Notes: generated from the letters alone by a model not told the origin. DNA of 32,000 nt from Archaeoglobus fulgidus DSM 4304 (GCF_000008665.1 NC_000917.1:2010001-2042000), one strand, 5' to 3'; positions 1 to 9,627 are shown, counted from the stretch's first letter. Program-made: numbers and translations.

Positions 1-1
1 C

Positions 2-1689
2 AGAAACAGAGCAAGCTGGATTAAAGCTGTTAGCTGCCTTGTCGTTGACGAAATACACCTACTCGATTCCGAGAAGAGAGGAGCCACCCTGGAAATTCTC
101 GTGACTAAAATGAGAAGAATGAATAAGGCGCTGAGGGTTATAGGGCTCTCCGCAACGGCTCCAAATGTCACCGAGATTGCAGAGTGGCTAGATGCAGACT
201 ACTACGTGAGCGACTGGAGGCCTGTGCCGCTGGTGGAGGGAGTGCTCTGCGAGGGCACTCTGGAGCTCTTCGACGGTGCATTCTCGACCTCAAGGAGGGT
301 AAAGTTCGAAGAGCTCGTTGAAGAGTGCGTTGCTGAGAATGGGGGTGTTCTTGTTTTCGAATCAACGAGGAGAGGGGCGGAGAAGACGGCAGTTAAGCTC
401 TCAGCAATTACGGCAAAGTATGTTGAAAATGAAGGCTTGGAGAAGGCGATACTCGAGGAGAATGAGGGTGAGATGAGCAGAAAACTGGCAGAATGCGTTA
501 GGAAAGGGGCGGCCTTTCACCATGCTGGCCTGCTGAACGGGCAGAGAAGGGTTGTTGAGGATGCTTTCAGAAGGGGGAATATCAAGGTTGTCGTTGCCAC
601 TCCAACTCTGGCAGCGGGCGTCAACCTTCCAGCCAGAAGGGTGATAGTGAGAAGTCTTTACCGATTCGACGGATACTCGAAGAGAATTAAGGTTTCCGAA
701 TACAAGCAGATGGCTGGGAGAGCCGGCAGGCCGGGAATGGATGAGAGAGGAGAGGCGATTATCATTGTCGGGAAGAGGGACAGAGAGATTGCTGTGAAAA
801 GGTATATTTTTGGAGAGCCTGAGAGGATAACCTCGAAGCTCGGAGTTGAGACTCACCTTAGGTTTCACAGCCTGTCCATAATCTGCGATGGCTACGCAAA
901 AACTCTGGAAGAGCTCGAGGACTTTTTCGCTGACACGTTCTTCTTCAAGCAAAACGAAATATCCCTCAGCTACGAGCTTGAGAGAGTTGTCAGACAGCTT
1001 GAGAACTGGGGGATGGTTGTTGAGGATCACCATCTTGCTCCAACGAAGCTAGGCTCGCTTGTTTCGAGGCTCTACATCGACCCGCTGACGGGCTTCATTT
1101 TCCACGACGTTCTCAGCAGGATGGAGCTCTCCGATATCGGTGCCCTGCACTCATCTGCAGAACTCCGGACATGGAGAGGCTGACTGTTAGAAAGACAGAC
1201 TCGTGGGTTGAGGAGGAAGCCTTCAGGCTTCGAAAGGAGCTAAGCTACTACCCATCCGATTTTTCTGTTGAGTACGACTGGTTTTTGTCTGAAGTCAAGA
1301 CGGCTCTCTGCCTGAAGGACTGGATTGAGGAAAAAGATGAGGACGAAATATGCGCTAAGTACGGCATCGCTCCCGGTGATTTGAGGAGGATAGTTGAGAC
1401 TGCGGAATGGCTGAGCAATGCGATGAACAGAATAGCGGAGGAGGTGGGAAACACGAGTGTCAGCGGGCTTACGGAGAGGATAAAGCATGGAGTCAAGGAG
1501 GAGCTGCTTGAGCTGGTGAGAATAAGGCACATCGGGAGGGTTAGGGCGAGAAAGCTTTACAACGCGGGGATCAGAAATGCTGAGGACATTGTGAGGCACA
1601 GGGAAAAGGTTGCATCGCTGATTGGGAGGGGCATAGCAGAGAGGGTTGTAGAGGGCATTAGCGTTAAGTCTTTAAACCCGGAGTCATGA
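2..1689 (+). CDS. hel308: Hel308/Ski2-type DNA helicase, 5' truncated by window edge, interrupted by an apparent -1 base frameshift near 1148-1152
   Basis: Frame 2 is open from the window start ([37 protein letters not shown]...) with DEIH box, [35 protein letters not shown] and [10 protein letters not shown]. After a frame change, ORF 1171..1689 supplies the expected C-terminal domains (winged helix, ratchet, [20 protein letters not shown] HhH-like). Confidence 0.93.
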
Positions 1690-1701
1690 TGCAATCATGC
1701 A

Positions 1702-1775
1702 GGGCCGGTAGCTTAGCCAGGCAGAGCGCGGGACTCTTAATCCCGCAGTCGGGGGTTCAAATCCCTCCCGGCCCG
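1702..1775 (+). tRNA. tRNA-Lys (anticodon CTT)
   Basis: Cloverleaf by eye: acceptor GGGCCGG/CCGGCCC, anticodon arm CGGGA-CTCTTAA-TCCCG, T-arm GGGGG-TTCAAAT-CCCTC, discriminator G, no encoded CCA. Confidence 0.95.
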
Positions 1776-1816
1776 CTGTTTGTGAGCAGGGAAAGCTCGC
1801 TCTTTTCATAGAAACT

Positions 1817-2034
1817 CTAAAACACTCCTTGGCGGATTAGTGTAGGCTTTCCTCTTCTTTCAACTTTTAGAACTGTTTTGGTTGGTTTATCAAGAAAGTA
1901 AATCATTCTGAAATCCCCAATGCGATAAAGTTCTCCTCGCCTTCAATCTTTTTAACATCGAGGAATTGGATTCGTTTTGAGCGTTTCAAGAAGTTCACCA
2001 AATTTTCACCAAAACTCTTTAAATGGGCTTTTTT
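1817..2034 (-). pseudogene. RelE/ParE-family toxin remnant with frameshifts
   Basis: Minus-strand translation in adjoining frames: LKKAHLKSFGENLVNFLKR...LDVKKIEGEEN / LYRIGDFRMIYFLDKPTKTVLKVERRGKPTLIRQGVF*. This matches the RelE-fold layout (KK.LKG.EN - YRIR.GDYR.IY - V..V..R). Confidence 0.62.
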
Positions 2035-2241
2035 AAGACGGTTTCAGCTCTTGAGTTACTTTCCTGTGAATTACAACTCTAAACACAAGCTCCCTCAAAT
2101 AGTTTACCTCCACGCATTTAAAACTGCAGTCGAGAATCTTCTCCTCCTGTGCTGGCAACTGCGGTTACGAGAGGAGGTATTTCGACTTATGAGGCTGCAT
2201 TACAATGATTGTTGGGGCTCTGGAAATTACTGCAAAGAGGG

Positions 2242-2775
2242 TTAAAGCTCTAAATCGTAACCTGCAGCAACAAGCATTCCTATGAGCGTCTCCCTGAGCC
2301 CTTCATATTTTTTATCCTCGAAAAGAGGTTTGCAGGCTTTGATATCAACCTCTCCGTTGAGCAGCTTTACGGCAAAGGCCATGCACGTCTGCTCGCCGCA
2401 CCGCTTGCAGTTGGTCTTCGGCAGGTAGTTGTAAACATCGAAGGGGCTTACCACAGTTTTCTCAAGAGGCTTTGAAAGGTCTATTTTGTTCCTTTTTTCC
2501 CAAGCTTCCTGAGCCTTTTGCTCTATCTCACCCAGAATGCTTTTTGCCTCATCCTCGTCCTTAATCTGCGTCATCGCCACAAAACCGTCCTCGTGTATCG
2601 TGATTATCCTCTGCCCTTTCTTAAATGAAATCCATCCCCTCTTCTCGTTGTAGCTTGCGTTGGGAATCAACCTCGCAAGATAGGGCATTACAGCCGGAAA
2701 ATTGCCGTCAACTCTGCCTATCACCCTGAGTTTTTTCGGATCAGCAATGCAAGGCAACACTTCTTTGATTTCCAT
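2242..2775 (-). CDS. Fe-S binding protein with C-terminal Fes-type 4Fe-4S domain (corrinoid protein-like)
   Basis: 177 aa; ...YNYLPKTNCKRCGEQTCMAFAVKLLNGEVDIKACKPL, the cysteine spacing of the 4Fe-4S domain found in CO dehydrogenase/corrinoid Fe-S proteins. Confidence 0.8.
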   Translation of the reverse strand: MEIKEVLPCIADPKKLRVIGRVDGNFPAVMPYLARLIPNASYNEKRGWISFKKGQRIITIHEDGFVAMTQIKDEDEAKSILGEIEQKAQEAWEKRNKIDLSKPLEKTVVSPFDVYNYLPKTNCKRCGEQTCMAFAVKLLNGEVDIKACKPLFEDKKYEGLRETLIGMLVAAGYDLEL

Positions 2776-2810
2776 GCTACTTTGTTAAATTAAACGTTTA
2801 TTAAACTTTT

Positions 2811-2884
2811 GGTTTATTTTTTAAACCTAAGAAAAAAGTTTAAATTTTAAACCAAAAACTTAAATTCAGTTATAAATTTTAAAC
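2811..2884. promoter_or_regulatory. AT-rich palindrome array in divergent promoter region
   Basis: Perfect inverted repeats GGTTTA-TTTTT-TAAACC (2811-2827) and GTTTAAA-T-TTTAAAC (2838-2852), plus related TAAACCAAAA and TATAAATTTTAAAC. Confidence 0.55.
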
Positions 2885-2887
2885 CAT

Positions 2888-3937
2888 ATGGACGTCAATG
2901 CACTGCTGCTGGCGGGAATTCAGGCCCTTGAGGAATACATAGCTCTGCATGTCCTGACGTGTTTGGTACCGGCCTTTTTAATTGCCGGTGCACTCATGTC
3001 GATGATGAACAAGGCCGTTTTAATCAACTACTTGGGTGCTGCAACTTCGAAGCTTAAATCTTTTCCCCTTGCGATAGTTTCCTCTTTCTTTCTCGCAGTG
3101 TGCTCCTGCACTGTCATACCAATCGCTTCTGGGATTTACAAGCGAACTAATGCCACCGCTCCTGCAATGATAATACTATGGGTCGCTCCTGCAACGAACA
3201 TTCTTGCTGTAACGTACACAGGGGCGGTTTTAGGCCTCGAACTCGCCCTGGCAAGAATCGTTGCTGCAATATCCACCGCCTTTGTTGTGGGACTGATACT
3301 CTTCTACGTCTTCGACAGGAAAATAGCATCACAGTCTGATTCGGCGATGCCGAAGGCTGGAAGGTTGGTCGAGAACAACGCTTTGGTTCTTTTTGCCCTT
3401 CTTGTAGCCACATTGCTTCTGCCGAACTACCTGGGTGTTGGGAAGCCCTACATTTTCAAGGTTGAGGTTTTCAGCGTGTTAATGCTGGTCACAACAGTTT
3501 ACGCGCTGAAGAGCTTTAGTAAAGAGGATTTGAAATACTGGATGCTCGAAACGTGGTTTTTCGTCAAGCAGATAATCCCCCTCCTGCTCGTAGGAGTTTT
3601 TATCGTGGGTGTTGTTGGGGAGATTCTGAAAGCCACCGACGTCGTGGAAGTTTATCTCGGTGGGGAGGGTGTCGGGCAGAGCTTTCTGGCTGCTTTGATA
3701 GGTGCGCTAAGCTACTTCGCCACAATGACGGAAGCTCCCTTCGTCGATACACTCATGAAGCTCGGGATGGGGAAAGGGCCGGCTTTGGCACTCCTGCTTG
3801 CAGGCCCAGGCCTGAGCCTGCCAAACATGCTCGCAATTGGGAAGCTTTTTGGTGTGAAGAGAGCGGCTGTGTATATAATCACAATCGTCGCTCTCTCTAC
3901 CATAGCTGGAGTTGTTTACGGGGAGGTGATAGCGTGA
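2888..3937 (+). CDS. ArsP_1/DUF318-type permease
   Basis: 349 aa hydrophobic protein with CSCTVIPIASGIYKRTNATAPAMIILWVAPATN and ...MTEAPFVDTLMKLGMGKGPALALLLAGPGLSLPNMLAIGKLFG, typical of this permease family. Confidence 0.82.
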   Translation: MDVNALLLAGIQALEEYIALHVLTCLVPAFLIAGALMSMMNKAVLINYLGAATSKLKSFPLAIVSSFFLAVCSCTVIPIASGIYKRTNATAPAMIILWVAPATNILAVTYTGAVLGLELALARIVAAISTAFVVGLILFYVFDRKIASQSDSAMPKAGRLVENNALVLFALLVATLLLPNYLGVGKPYIFKVEVFSVLMLVTTVYALKSFSKEDLKYWMLETWFFVKQIIPLLLVGVFIVGVVGEILKATDVVEVYLGGEGVGQSFLAALIGALSYFATMTEAPFVDTLMKLGMGKGPALALLLAGPGLSLPNMLAIGKLFGVKRAAVYIITIVALSTIAGVVYGEVIA

Positions 3938-4167
3938 AGATAAAGGTCGTTGGTCCGGGATGTGCGAGGTGCAAGGCAACCTTCGATGTGGTGAAAAAAG
4001 TCGTTGAGAAAGAGGGGCTTGACGTGGAGCTTGAGTACGTGACGGATATGAACGAGGCAATCGAGCTGGGTGTTGTTGCGACACCAGCAGTGTGGGTTGA
4101 CGGGAAAGTAGTTATTCAGGGCAAAATACCAAAGGAGAGCGAGATACTGGAAATCATCAAAAAGTAA
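3934..4167 (+). CDS. Small redox-active disulfide (thioredoxin-like) protein
   Basis: GTG start overlapping the permease TGA (GTGA): (V/M)KIKVVGPGCARCKATFDVVKKVVEKEGLDVELEYVTDMNEAIELGVVATPAVWVDGKVVIQGKIPKESEILEIIKK. CxxC plus cis-Pro motif TPAVWVDG. Confidence 0.9.
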   Translation: MKIKVVGPGCARCKATFDVVKKVVEKEGLDVELEYVTDMNEAIELGVVATPAVWVDGKVVIQGKIPKESEILEIIKK

Positions 4168-4179
4168 ATTTTTTATTTT

Positions 4180-4545
4180 TTACGCTACGGCCTTCGCGGA
4201 GTACTTCTCTATCAGCTCTTTGAGAGTTCTTCTTGTGAACGGCTTCTCCACGACCTCCAATGCTCCGATTTTAAGCATTTCCCTGCCCCTGCTCCTTGCG
4301 AAGGCCGTCAAGCCCACAATCTTGGCGTGAGGGTCAATCTTCAGTATCTCCCTTGTTGCCTCAACACCGTCCATTTTTGGCATCTGAATGTCCATGAGAA
4401 CGAGGTCGGGCTTGAACATCTTGTAAGCCCTTACAGCCTCCTCACCGTTCGAAGCTTCAATAATGTCGTAATCCTTGAGCATAATCTTTACAATCTCCCT
4501 AATGCTGTCGTCATCATCGACTATCAGCAATCTGGGCCTAATCAT
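4180..4545 (-). CDS. Stand-alone CheY-like receiver domain protein
   Basis: 121 aa: RLLIVDDDDSIREIV...DLVLMDIQMPKMDGVEAT...IVGLTAF...EVVEKPF; conserved acidic residues, phospho-Asp, T and K are all present. Confidence 0.93.
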   Translation of the reverse strand: MIRPRLLIVDDDDSIREIVKIMLKDYDIIEASNGEEAVRAYKMFKPDLVLMDIQMPKMDGVEATREILKIDPHAKIVGLTAFARSRGREMLKIGALEVVEKPFTRRTLKELIEKYSAKAVA

Positions 4546-4611
4546 TATAACAATTGTAATTTACAAGTTAAAAAATCTTTTCTTGCAGTTTTGAAATTAC
4601 TCCAGGTTCTC

Positions 4612-5823
4612 TCACACTCTTTTTTTCAGTACATTTCCTGCTTTCATCTCGTTCTCAAGCAATTCCTTACCTCTCAAATAAACTTTATCTGGAAAGACAG
4701 CCTCAAACCCCTCAAAGGGAGTCCAGCCGCACTTTGAGTGCAGCCTTTCAGCCCTTATTTCATCAACCTTTTTTAGGTCAAAAACCGCGAAGTTTGCGTA
4801 ATTTCCGACTTCAATCTCCCCGTATCCTTTGAATCCGAAGATTCTTGCAGGATTCGACGCAATTTTCTCGACGAGGGTTTTGAAGGAGATGTAACCCTTC
4901 GAGGCGAGGTTCACGAAAAGCGGATACATCGTCTCCACTCCCGGAAATCCGGAAGCTCCCGCCTCTTTATCCTCCAAGGTGTGCGGTGCATGGTCGGAAG
5001 CCAAAACGTCGATGCGGTGAAAGTTTCTGAAGAGCCACTCTACGTCCTCCCTCTCCCTCAGAGGAGGGTTCACGTTTACCAAGTTCCCCAACCTCCCGTA
5101 GTCCTCAACGCTTAGAAGCATGTGGTGCGGCGTCACCTCGTACGTTGAATTGCTGTTCAGTATTTCCTTGGCGGAGTCCTTTGTGGAGATGTGGCAGAAG
5201 TGGAACTTGCCAAGCTCAACGAGCCTCTCAACGGCAAGCACCTCAGCCTCCCTCCTTCTGAAAACGAAATTGGGTGAGCCCCTGGCAACATATGCCGGGT
5301 CCTCTGCATGTATGGTGAAAACAACACCCTCAAACCTTTTGTAAACGCTGCTGAGGGTTTCGTAGTCAATCTGCAAGTCCTCGCTGTCGTGCTGGATGAA
5401 GACCTCCCCAACAGCGGGGACGAAGTACCTCTCCGAAATTTTTCTCATTATGCTCCCAATTTTCCCATGATTTGAGTTTGTGAGGGCAAGGTTCAGGGCA
5501 TAGTCCACATACACGGATTTTTCGGCCTTCCCCATCCTCCGAAAGTAGGTTTCCGCATCGTCGACAGGAGGCTTGGTGTTTGGCTGGTCCACCACGAGGC
5601 AGATTCCACCGTGAAGGGCAGAGAGGGTTCCGGTTTCTATCGTCTCCTTCCTCTTCTCCGCAAAATCTCTTAGATGGACGTGAACGTCTATGCCCGCGGG
5701 GAGGATAACCCCTTTAACTTCCTTGCCTTCTACAAGCTTCCCAATTCTCTTTATCCTGCCGTTCTCAACCTCTATTCCCGCTTCAACGAACTCCCCTTTG
5801 TAGAAAACCTTACCTCTTATCAT
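4612..5823 (-). CDS. pyrC: Dihydroorotase
   Basis: 403 aa: GVILPAGIDVHVHLRDFAEKRKETIETGTLSALHGG...FCHISTKDSAKEI...EVTPHHMLLS...LASDHAPHTLEDKEAGASGFPGVETMYP. Confidence 0.95.
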   Translation of the reverse strand: MIRGKVFYKGEFVEAGIEVENGRIKRIGKLVEGKEVKGVILPAGIDVHVHLRDFAEKRKETIETGTLSALHGGICLVVDQPNTKPPVDDAETYFRRMGKAEKSVYVDYALNLALTNSNHGKIGSIMRKISERYFVPAVGEVFIQHDSEDLQIDYETLSSVYKRFEGVVFTIHAEDPAYVARGSPNFVFRRREAEVLAVERLVELGKFHFCHISTKDSAKEILNSNSTYEVTPHHMLLSVEDYGRLGNLVNVNPPLREREDVEWLFRNFHRIDVLASDHAPHTLEDKEAGASGFPGVETMYPLFVNLASKGYISFKTLVEKIASNPARIFGFKGYGEIEVGNYANFAVFDLKKVDEIRAERLHSKCGWTPFEGFEAVFPDKVYLRGKELLENEMKAGNVLKKRV

Positions 5824-6499
5824 TTAGCAGCTCCTCAAACTGCTTTACAGCTTTTTTCACCTTCTCCTTATCGCGGCCAGAAAACTTAACCATAACGTAT
5901 CCCGGTTTCGGATAGGAGCCTATTTCAACATCCGGGTTATCTCTCACTACTTGATTGAGCTTATCAACTATCTTAACCTCAAAGCCGTTAACCTTCACAA
6001 CCTCCTCGTGATACTCACCCTTTTCGAACCTCTCAAGAATTTTTTCGAATGTGTTCTCCATCTCAGCCGGCACGCCCGGCATGACCGCAACGTTCTCCAC
6101 TATGAATGCGGGCGCAGCCCCAACGTCGTTCCACACAATCTCGCTCCCCTCGGGAACAGACGAAATTTTCCTTACGGCCTCCTCGTTTTTGCTGAGCTTG
6201 CTCAACCACTCGTAAACCTCCTTGCTTATCACCAGCTTTCTGTTGAAGGCCCTGGCAATCCCCTCTGCGGTCACATCGTCGTGCGTGGCTCCCAGCCCCC
6301 CTGTGACCAAAACGAAGTCGGCCTCCTTAGATGCCTTTCTGACCTCCTCCGCAATAATGTTTACGTCGTCGGGGATTGTTATTATTTTCTTTACTTTGTG
6401 CCCTGCCCTGGTAAGCTTCTTCGCCATGTAAGCGGCGTTTGTGTTGGTTATATCACCACTCAAAATTTCGTTGCCCACAGAAATTATGATGAATTCCAT
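5810..6499 (-). CDS. CinA-like / molybdopterin-binding (MoCF-biosynthesis) domain protein
   Basis: 229 aa: IISVGNEILSGDITNTNAAYMAKKLTRAGHKVKKIITIPDD...DFVLVTGGLGATHDDVTAEGIARAF...APAFIVENVAVMPGVPAEM. Overlaps pyrC by 14 nt. Confidence 0.9.
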   Translation of the reverse strand: MEFIIISVGNEILSGDITNTNAAYMAKKLTRAGHKVKKIITIPDDVNIIAEEVRKASKEADFVLVTGGLGATHDDVTAEGIARAFNRKLVISKEVYEWLSKLSKNEEAVRKISSVPEGSEIVWNDVGAAPAFIVENVAVMPGVPAEMENTFEKILERFEKGEYHEEVVKVNGFEVKIVDKLNQVVRDNPDVEIGSYPKPGYVMVKFSGRDKEKVKKAVKQFEELLNDKR

Positions 6500-6529
6500 G
6501 TTCCAAGTTATTTTAAAAATTTAAAAATA

Positions 6530-7702
6530 TTATTGAAACAGCCTCCTGAACAGCCTGCCCTGCAGACCGTGGAATGCCGCAAATCCCTCAGCAAGGCGCT
6601 GGTCAATGGACTCCGTGTCGAAGGAGACGAGCTCTTCCGAGTAAAGGGCGTAGGGTGAGTTTCTGGCCACAACAACTGCGGAGCCCTTGTAAAGCTTAAC
6701 TTTAACCCACCCCGTCACCCTCTCCTGTGTCTTGTCTATGAAGGCGTTCAGAGCGTCGAAAAGCGGGTCGTTGACCAGGCCATAGTAAACAAGCTCCGCC
6801 CACTCCTCCTCAACGAACTTCTTGAACTTCAGCTCCCTTCTGCTGAGGACGAGGTTTTCAAGGTCCCTGTGGGCTGTTATAAGGATTGTGGCTGCAGGAT
6901 GCTCGTAGTTCTCCCTCGCCTTCAGTCCGAGAACCCTGTCCTCAATCATGTCCGTTCTTCCCACTCCGTGCTTTCCGCCAATCTCGTTAAGGGCTTTTAT
7001 CAGCTCAAATCCGCCCATTCTCTCATCGTTCAGCGCTACAGGAACTCCCTTCTCGAAATCTATCTTTACGATCTCTGGCTTGTCTGGAGCCTTTTCCGGG
7101 CTCGCTGTCCACTCGTAGATGTCCTCAGGCGGCTCGAAGGATGGATCTTCCAGCTTCCCTCCCTCAACGCTCCTGCTCCAGAGATTCTCGTCGATGCTGT
7201 ACGGCTTCTCCTTTGTTGCGGGCACCTCAATGCCGTGCTGCCTCGCGTATTCGATTTCCCACTCTCTCGTGAGGTTCAGCTCTCTCACGGGGGCGATGAC
7301 CTTAAATCCGTGCTGCCTGAAAATGTTCTCGAATCTGAGCTGGTCGTTTCCCTTCCCCGTGCATCCATGAGCAACCGCCTCAGCCCCCTCCTTCTTGGCG
7401 ACTTCAACAACCTTTTCGGCTATCAGCGGCCTAGCCAAAGCCGTTCCCAAAACGTAACCTTCGTAATTGCCGTTAGCCTTGATCAGCATGAAGAGGGAAT
7501 CAACAAACTCCTTTTTCGCATCGATTGTGTAGTGCTTGTCCGCATACTTCTTTCCCCTCTCCTCTGCCTGCTTTATATCCGCTTCAGGCTGCCCTATGTC
7601 AACGGTGACCGTGATAACCTCATCAAAACCGTACTTCTCTTTAAGCAGAGGGATGCAGACCGTCGTATCAAGCCCACCGGAATATGACAGCACAACCTTC
7701 AT
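6530..7702 (-). CDS. argG: Argininosuccinate synthase
   Basis: 390 aa: [38 protein letters not shown]...[17 protein letters not shown]...[27 protein letters not shown]. Confidence 0.97.
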   Translation of the reverse strand: MKVVLSYSGGLDTTVCIPLLKEKYGFDEVITVTVDIGQPEADIKQAEERGKKYADKHYTIDAKKEFVDSLFMLIKANGNYEGYVLGTALARPLIAEKVVEVAKKEGAEAVAHGCTGKGNDQLRFENIFRQHGFKVIAPVRELNLTREWEIEYARQHGIEVPATKEKPYSIDENLWSRSVEGGKLEDPSFEPPEDIYEWTASPEKAPDKPEIVKIDFEKGVPVALNDERMGGFELIKALNEIGGKHGVGRTDMIEDRVLGLKARENYEHPAATILITAHRDLENLVLSRRELKFKKFVEEEWAELVYYGLVNDPLFDALNAFIDKTQERVTGWVKVKLYKGSAVVVARNSPYALYSEELVSFDTESIDQRLAEGFAAFHGLQGRLFRRLFQ

Positions 7703-7780
7703 ACAATCCCGTCATGCGGAGAGGTTTAAATCTTTTGAGATTAAACAAAAGTTAAAAAACTTCCTGGGTTTTCAGAGGTT

Positions 7781-8260
7781 ATGATTCTAAGCATTGTCGG
7801 AACTTCAGACAGCGGGAAAACCACGCTGATTACCAGAATGATGCCAATACTAAGGGAGAGGGGGTTGAGAGTTGCCGTAGTGAAGAGGCACGCGCACGGC
7901 GACTTCGAAATTGACAAGGAGGGCAAGGACTCGTGGAAGATTTACAACAGCGGTGCGGATGTGGTGATTGCCTCTCCAGTAAAGCTCGCCTTCATCAGGA
8001 GAGTAAGCGAGGAGGAGGGAAACGACCTTGACTGGATTTACGAAAGGTACCTGAGCGATTACGACCTCGTCATTACCGAGGGTTTCAGCAAGGCGGGAAA
8101 GGACAGAATTGTTGTGGTTAAGAAGCCTGAGGAGGTTGAGCACTTCAGGCAGGGGAGAATTCTTGCCGTGGTTTGCGATGAGAGGGTTGATGGGCACAAA
8201 TGGTTCAGGAGAGATGAGGTGGAAAGGATTGCGGAGTTCATTCTATCGCTGCTGCGTTAA
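7781..8260 (+). CDS. mobB: Molybdopterin-guanine dinucleotide biosynthesis protein B
   Basis: 159 aa: MILSIVGTSDSGKTTLITRMMPILRERGLRVAVVKRHAHGDFEIDKEGKDSWKIYNSGADVVIASPVKLAF...LVITEGFSKAGKDRIVV. Confidence 0.92.
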   Translation: MILSIVGTSDSGKTTLITRMMPILRERGLRVAVVKRHAHGDFEIDKEGKDSWKIYNSGADVVIASPVKLAFIRRVSEEEGNDLDWIYERYLSDYDLVITEGFSKAGKDRIVVVKKPEEVEHFRQGRILAVVCDERVDGHKWFRRDEVERIAEFILSLLR

Positions 8261-8485
8261 AACTCTTTTTCATGGTGAAAGTTTTGTAAAGTTAAAATTA
8301 AGGAGTGGATTCGCCCGATTTGAGCCGAGACTCTAGCGTTCAGACATGTTTAGAAGTTTAATTTGCATCTCGGAGAGAGTCGAAGATTGAGGGATTCAAA
8401 CAAAGACTTATATACCCTTCAGCCAAGCGTTGGGAGATAGAGTGGAACGTTGCTGTTCTGTTCTCTGTTGAAAGAGGTGAATAAA

Positions 8486-9574
8486 GTGGAATTTGAAGAT
8501 TTGGGAATCTCAGAAAACGGTTTGAATGCAGTTAGAAGAAAGGGTTTTGAGAAGCCTACGGAAATTCAGAGGGAAATCATACCGAGGTTTTTCGAAGGTG
8601 AAAAGGATATGGTCGGCCAGGCACAGACGGGCTCGGGGAAAACAGCTGCCTTTGCCCTGCCAATTCTCGACCTTGTGGATGAAAGAAGCAAGGATGTGCA
8701 GGCCATAGTAATAACGCCCACAAGGGAGCTGGCTTTGCAGGTAAAGGACGAGATTGAGTCGCTCAGAGGGGGCAAAAAGGTTCACGTCCTCGCTGTTTAC
8801 GGCGGGCAGCCCATATTCCCTCAAATTGAGAGGCTGAGGAAGGGCGTGCAGATAGTCGTGGGCACACCGGGAAGAGTTATCGACCACCTTGAGAGGAGAA
8901 CGCTTTCGCTCGAAAAAGTTCGGTTCTTCGTGCTTGACGAGGCGGACAGGATGCTCGACATGGGCTTCATTGACGACATTGAGAGGATCCTCAGACACGC
9001 AGGCGCGGAAAGGCGTGTTCTGATGTTCTCCGCAACCATGCCCCCTGAAGTTTTGAGGCTGGCGAGGCGTTACATGAGAGATTACGAGGTTGTGAGAGTT
9101 CACAGCAAAATCACTCCCGAAAACGTCGAGCACAGATGTCTGAAGGTTAACCCGGAAAAGAGGTTCGAGCATCTCTGCAGAATTCTCGACGAGAACAACT
9201 TTTACGGCATCGTTTTCTGCCAGACGAAAAAAGAGACAAGAGAACTTGGAAGAAGGCTTAGAGCGAGGGGATATAAGGCAGATGCGCTGAACGGAGACAT
9301 TCCACAGCATAAAAGAGAGAGCATCCTTAGAAATTTCAGAAAAGGATACACCAGAGTTCTTGTCGCAACAGATGTTGCCGCAAGGGGAATTGACGTGAAA
9401 GACCTCACCCACGTCGTCAACTACTCTATCCCGCAGGATCCAGAAGCATATATCCACAGAACCGGAAGAACCGGCAGAGAGGGAAAGAGGGGTAAGGCCA
9501 TAACCTTCGTTGCTCCCTGGGAGTCGAGGAAGCTGAAAATAATAGAGAGGACTGCGAAGGTCCGGTTTAGGTAA
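8486..9574 (+). CDS. DEAD-box RNA helicase
   Basis: Q motif GFEKPTEIQ; GQAQTGSGKTAAF, PTRELALQ, TPGRVIDHL, DEAD, SATMP, ARGIDV, HRTGRTGR. I prefer the GTG at 8486 (AGAGGTGA a few nt upstream) over the ATG at 8450. Confidence 0.94.
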   Translation: MEFEDLGISENGLNAVRRKGFEKPTEIQREIIPRFFEGEKDMVGQAQTGSGKTAAFALPILDLVDERSKDVQAIVITPTRELALQVKDEIESLRGGKKVHVLAVYGGQPIFPQIERLRKGVQIVVGTPGRVIDHLERRTLSLEKVRFFVLDEADRMLDMGFIDDIERILRHAGAERRVLMFSATMPPEVLRLARRYMRDYEVVRVHSKITPENVEHRCLKVNPEKRFEHLCRILDENNFYGIVFCQTKKETRELGRRLRARGYKADALNGDIPQHKRESILRNFRKGYTRVLVATDVAARGIDVKDLTHVVNYSIPQDPEAYIHRTGRTGREGKRGKAITFVAPWESRKLKIIERTAKVRFR

Positions 9575-9627
9575 CATCGAAATAAGCAAAGGCAAGAGAT
9601 ATAAACATCCAATGCAGAAGGCATCCG

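Noticed and set aside
401-1599. Long antisense ORFs opposite Hel308 (e.g. 401..1033, 1240..1599, 1248..1532)
   Set aside because: They lie opposite a clearly conserved helicase reading frame and have no recognisable motifs; typical shadow ORFs.
2051-2245. 64-aa plus-strand ORF with CWGSGNYCKEG tail
   Set aside because: Considered as a small Fe-S or zinc protein, but composition is poor and no family was recognised; could be degraded sequence.
6869-7687. 272-aa plus-strand ORF opposite argG
   Set aside because: argG on the minus strand is unambiguous; the long opposite frame is a codon-bias artefact.
8510-9595. 361-aa minus-strand ORF opposite the DEAD-box helicase
   Set aside because: Helicase motifs are all on the plus strand; the antisense translation resembles nothing.
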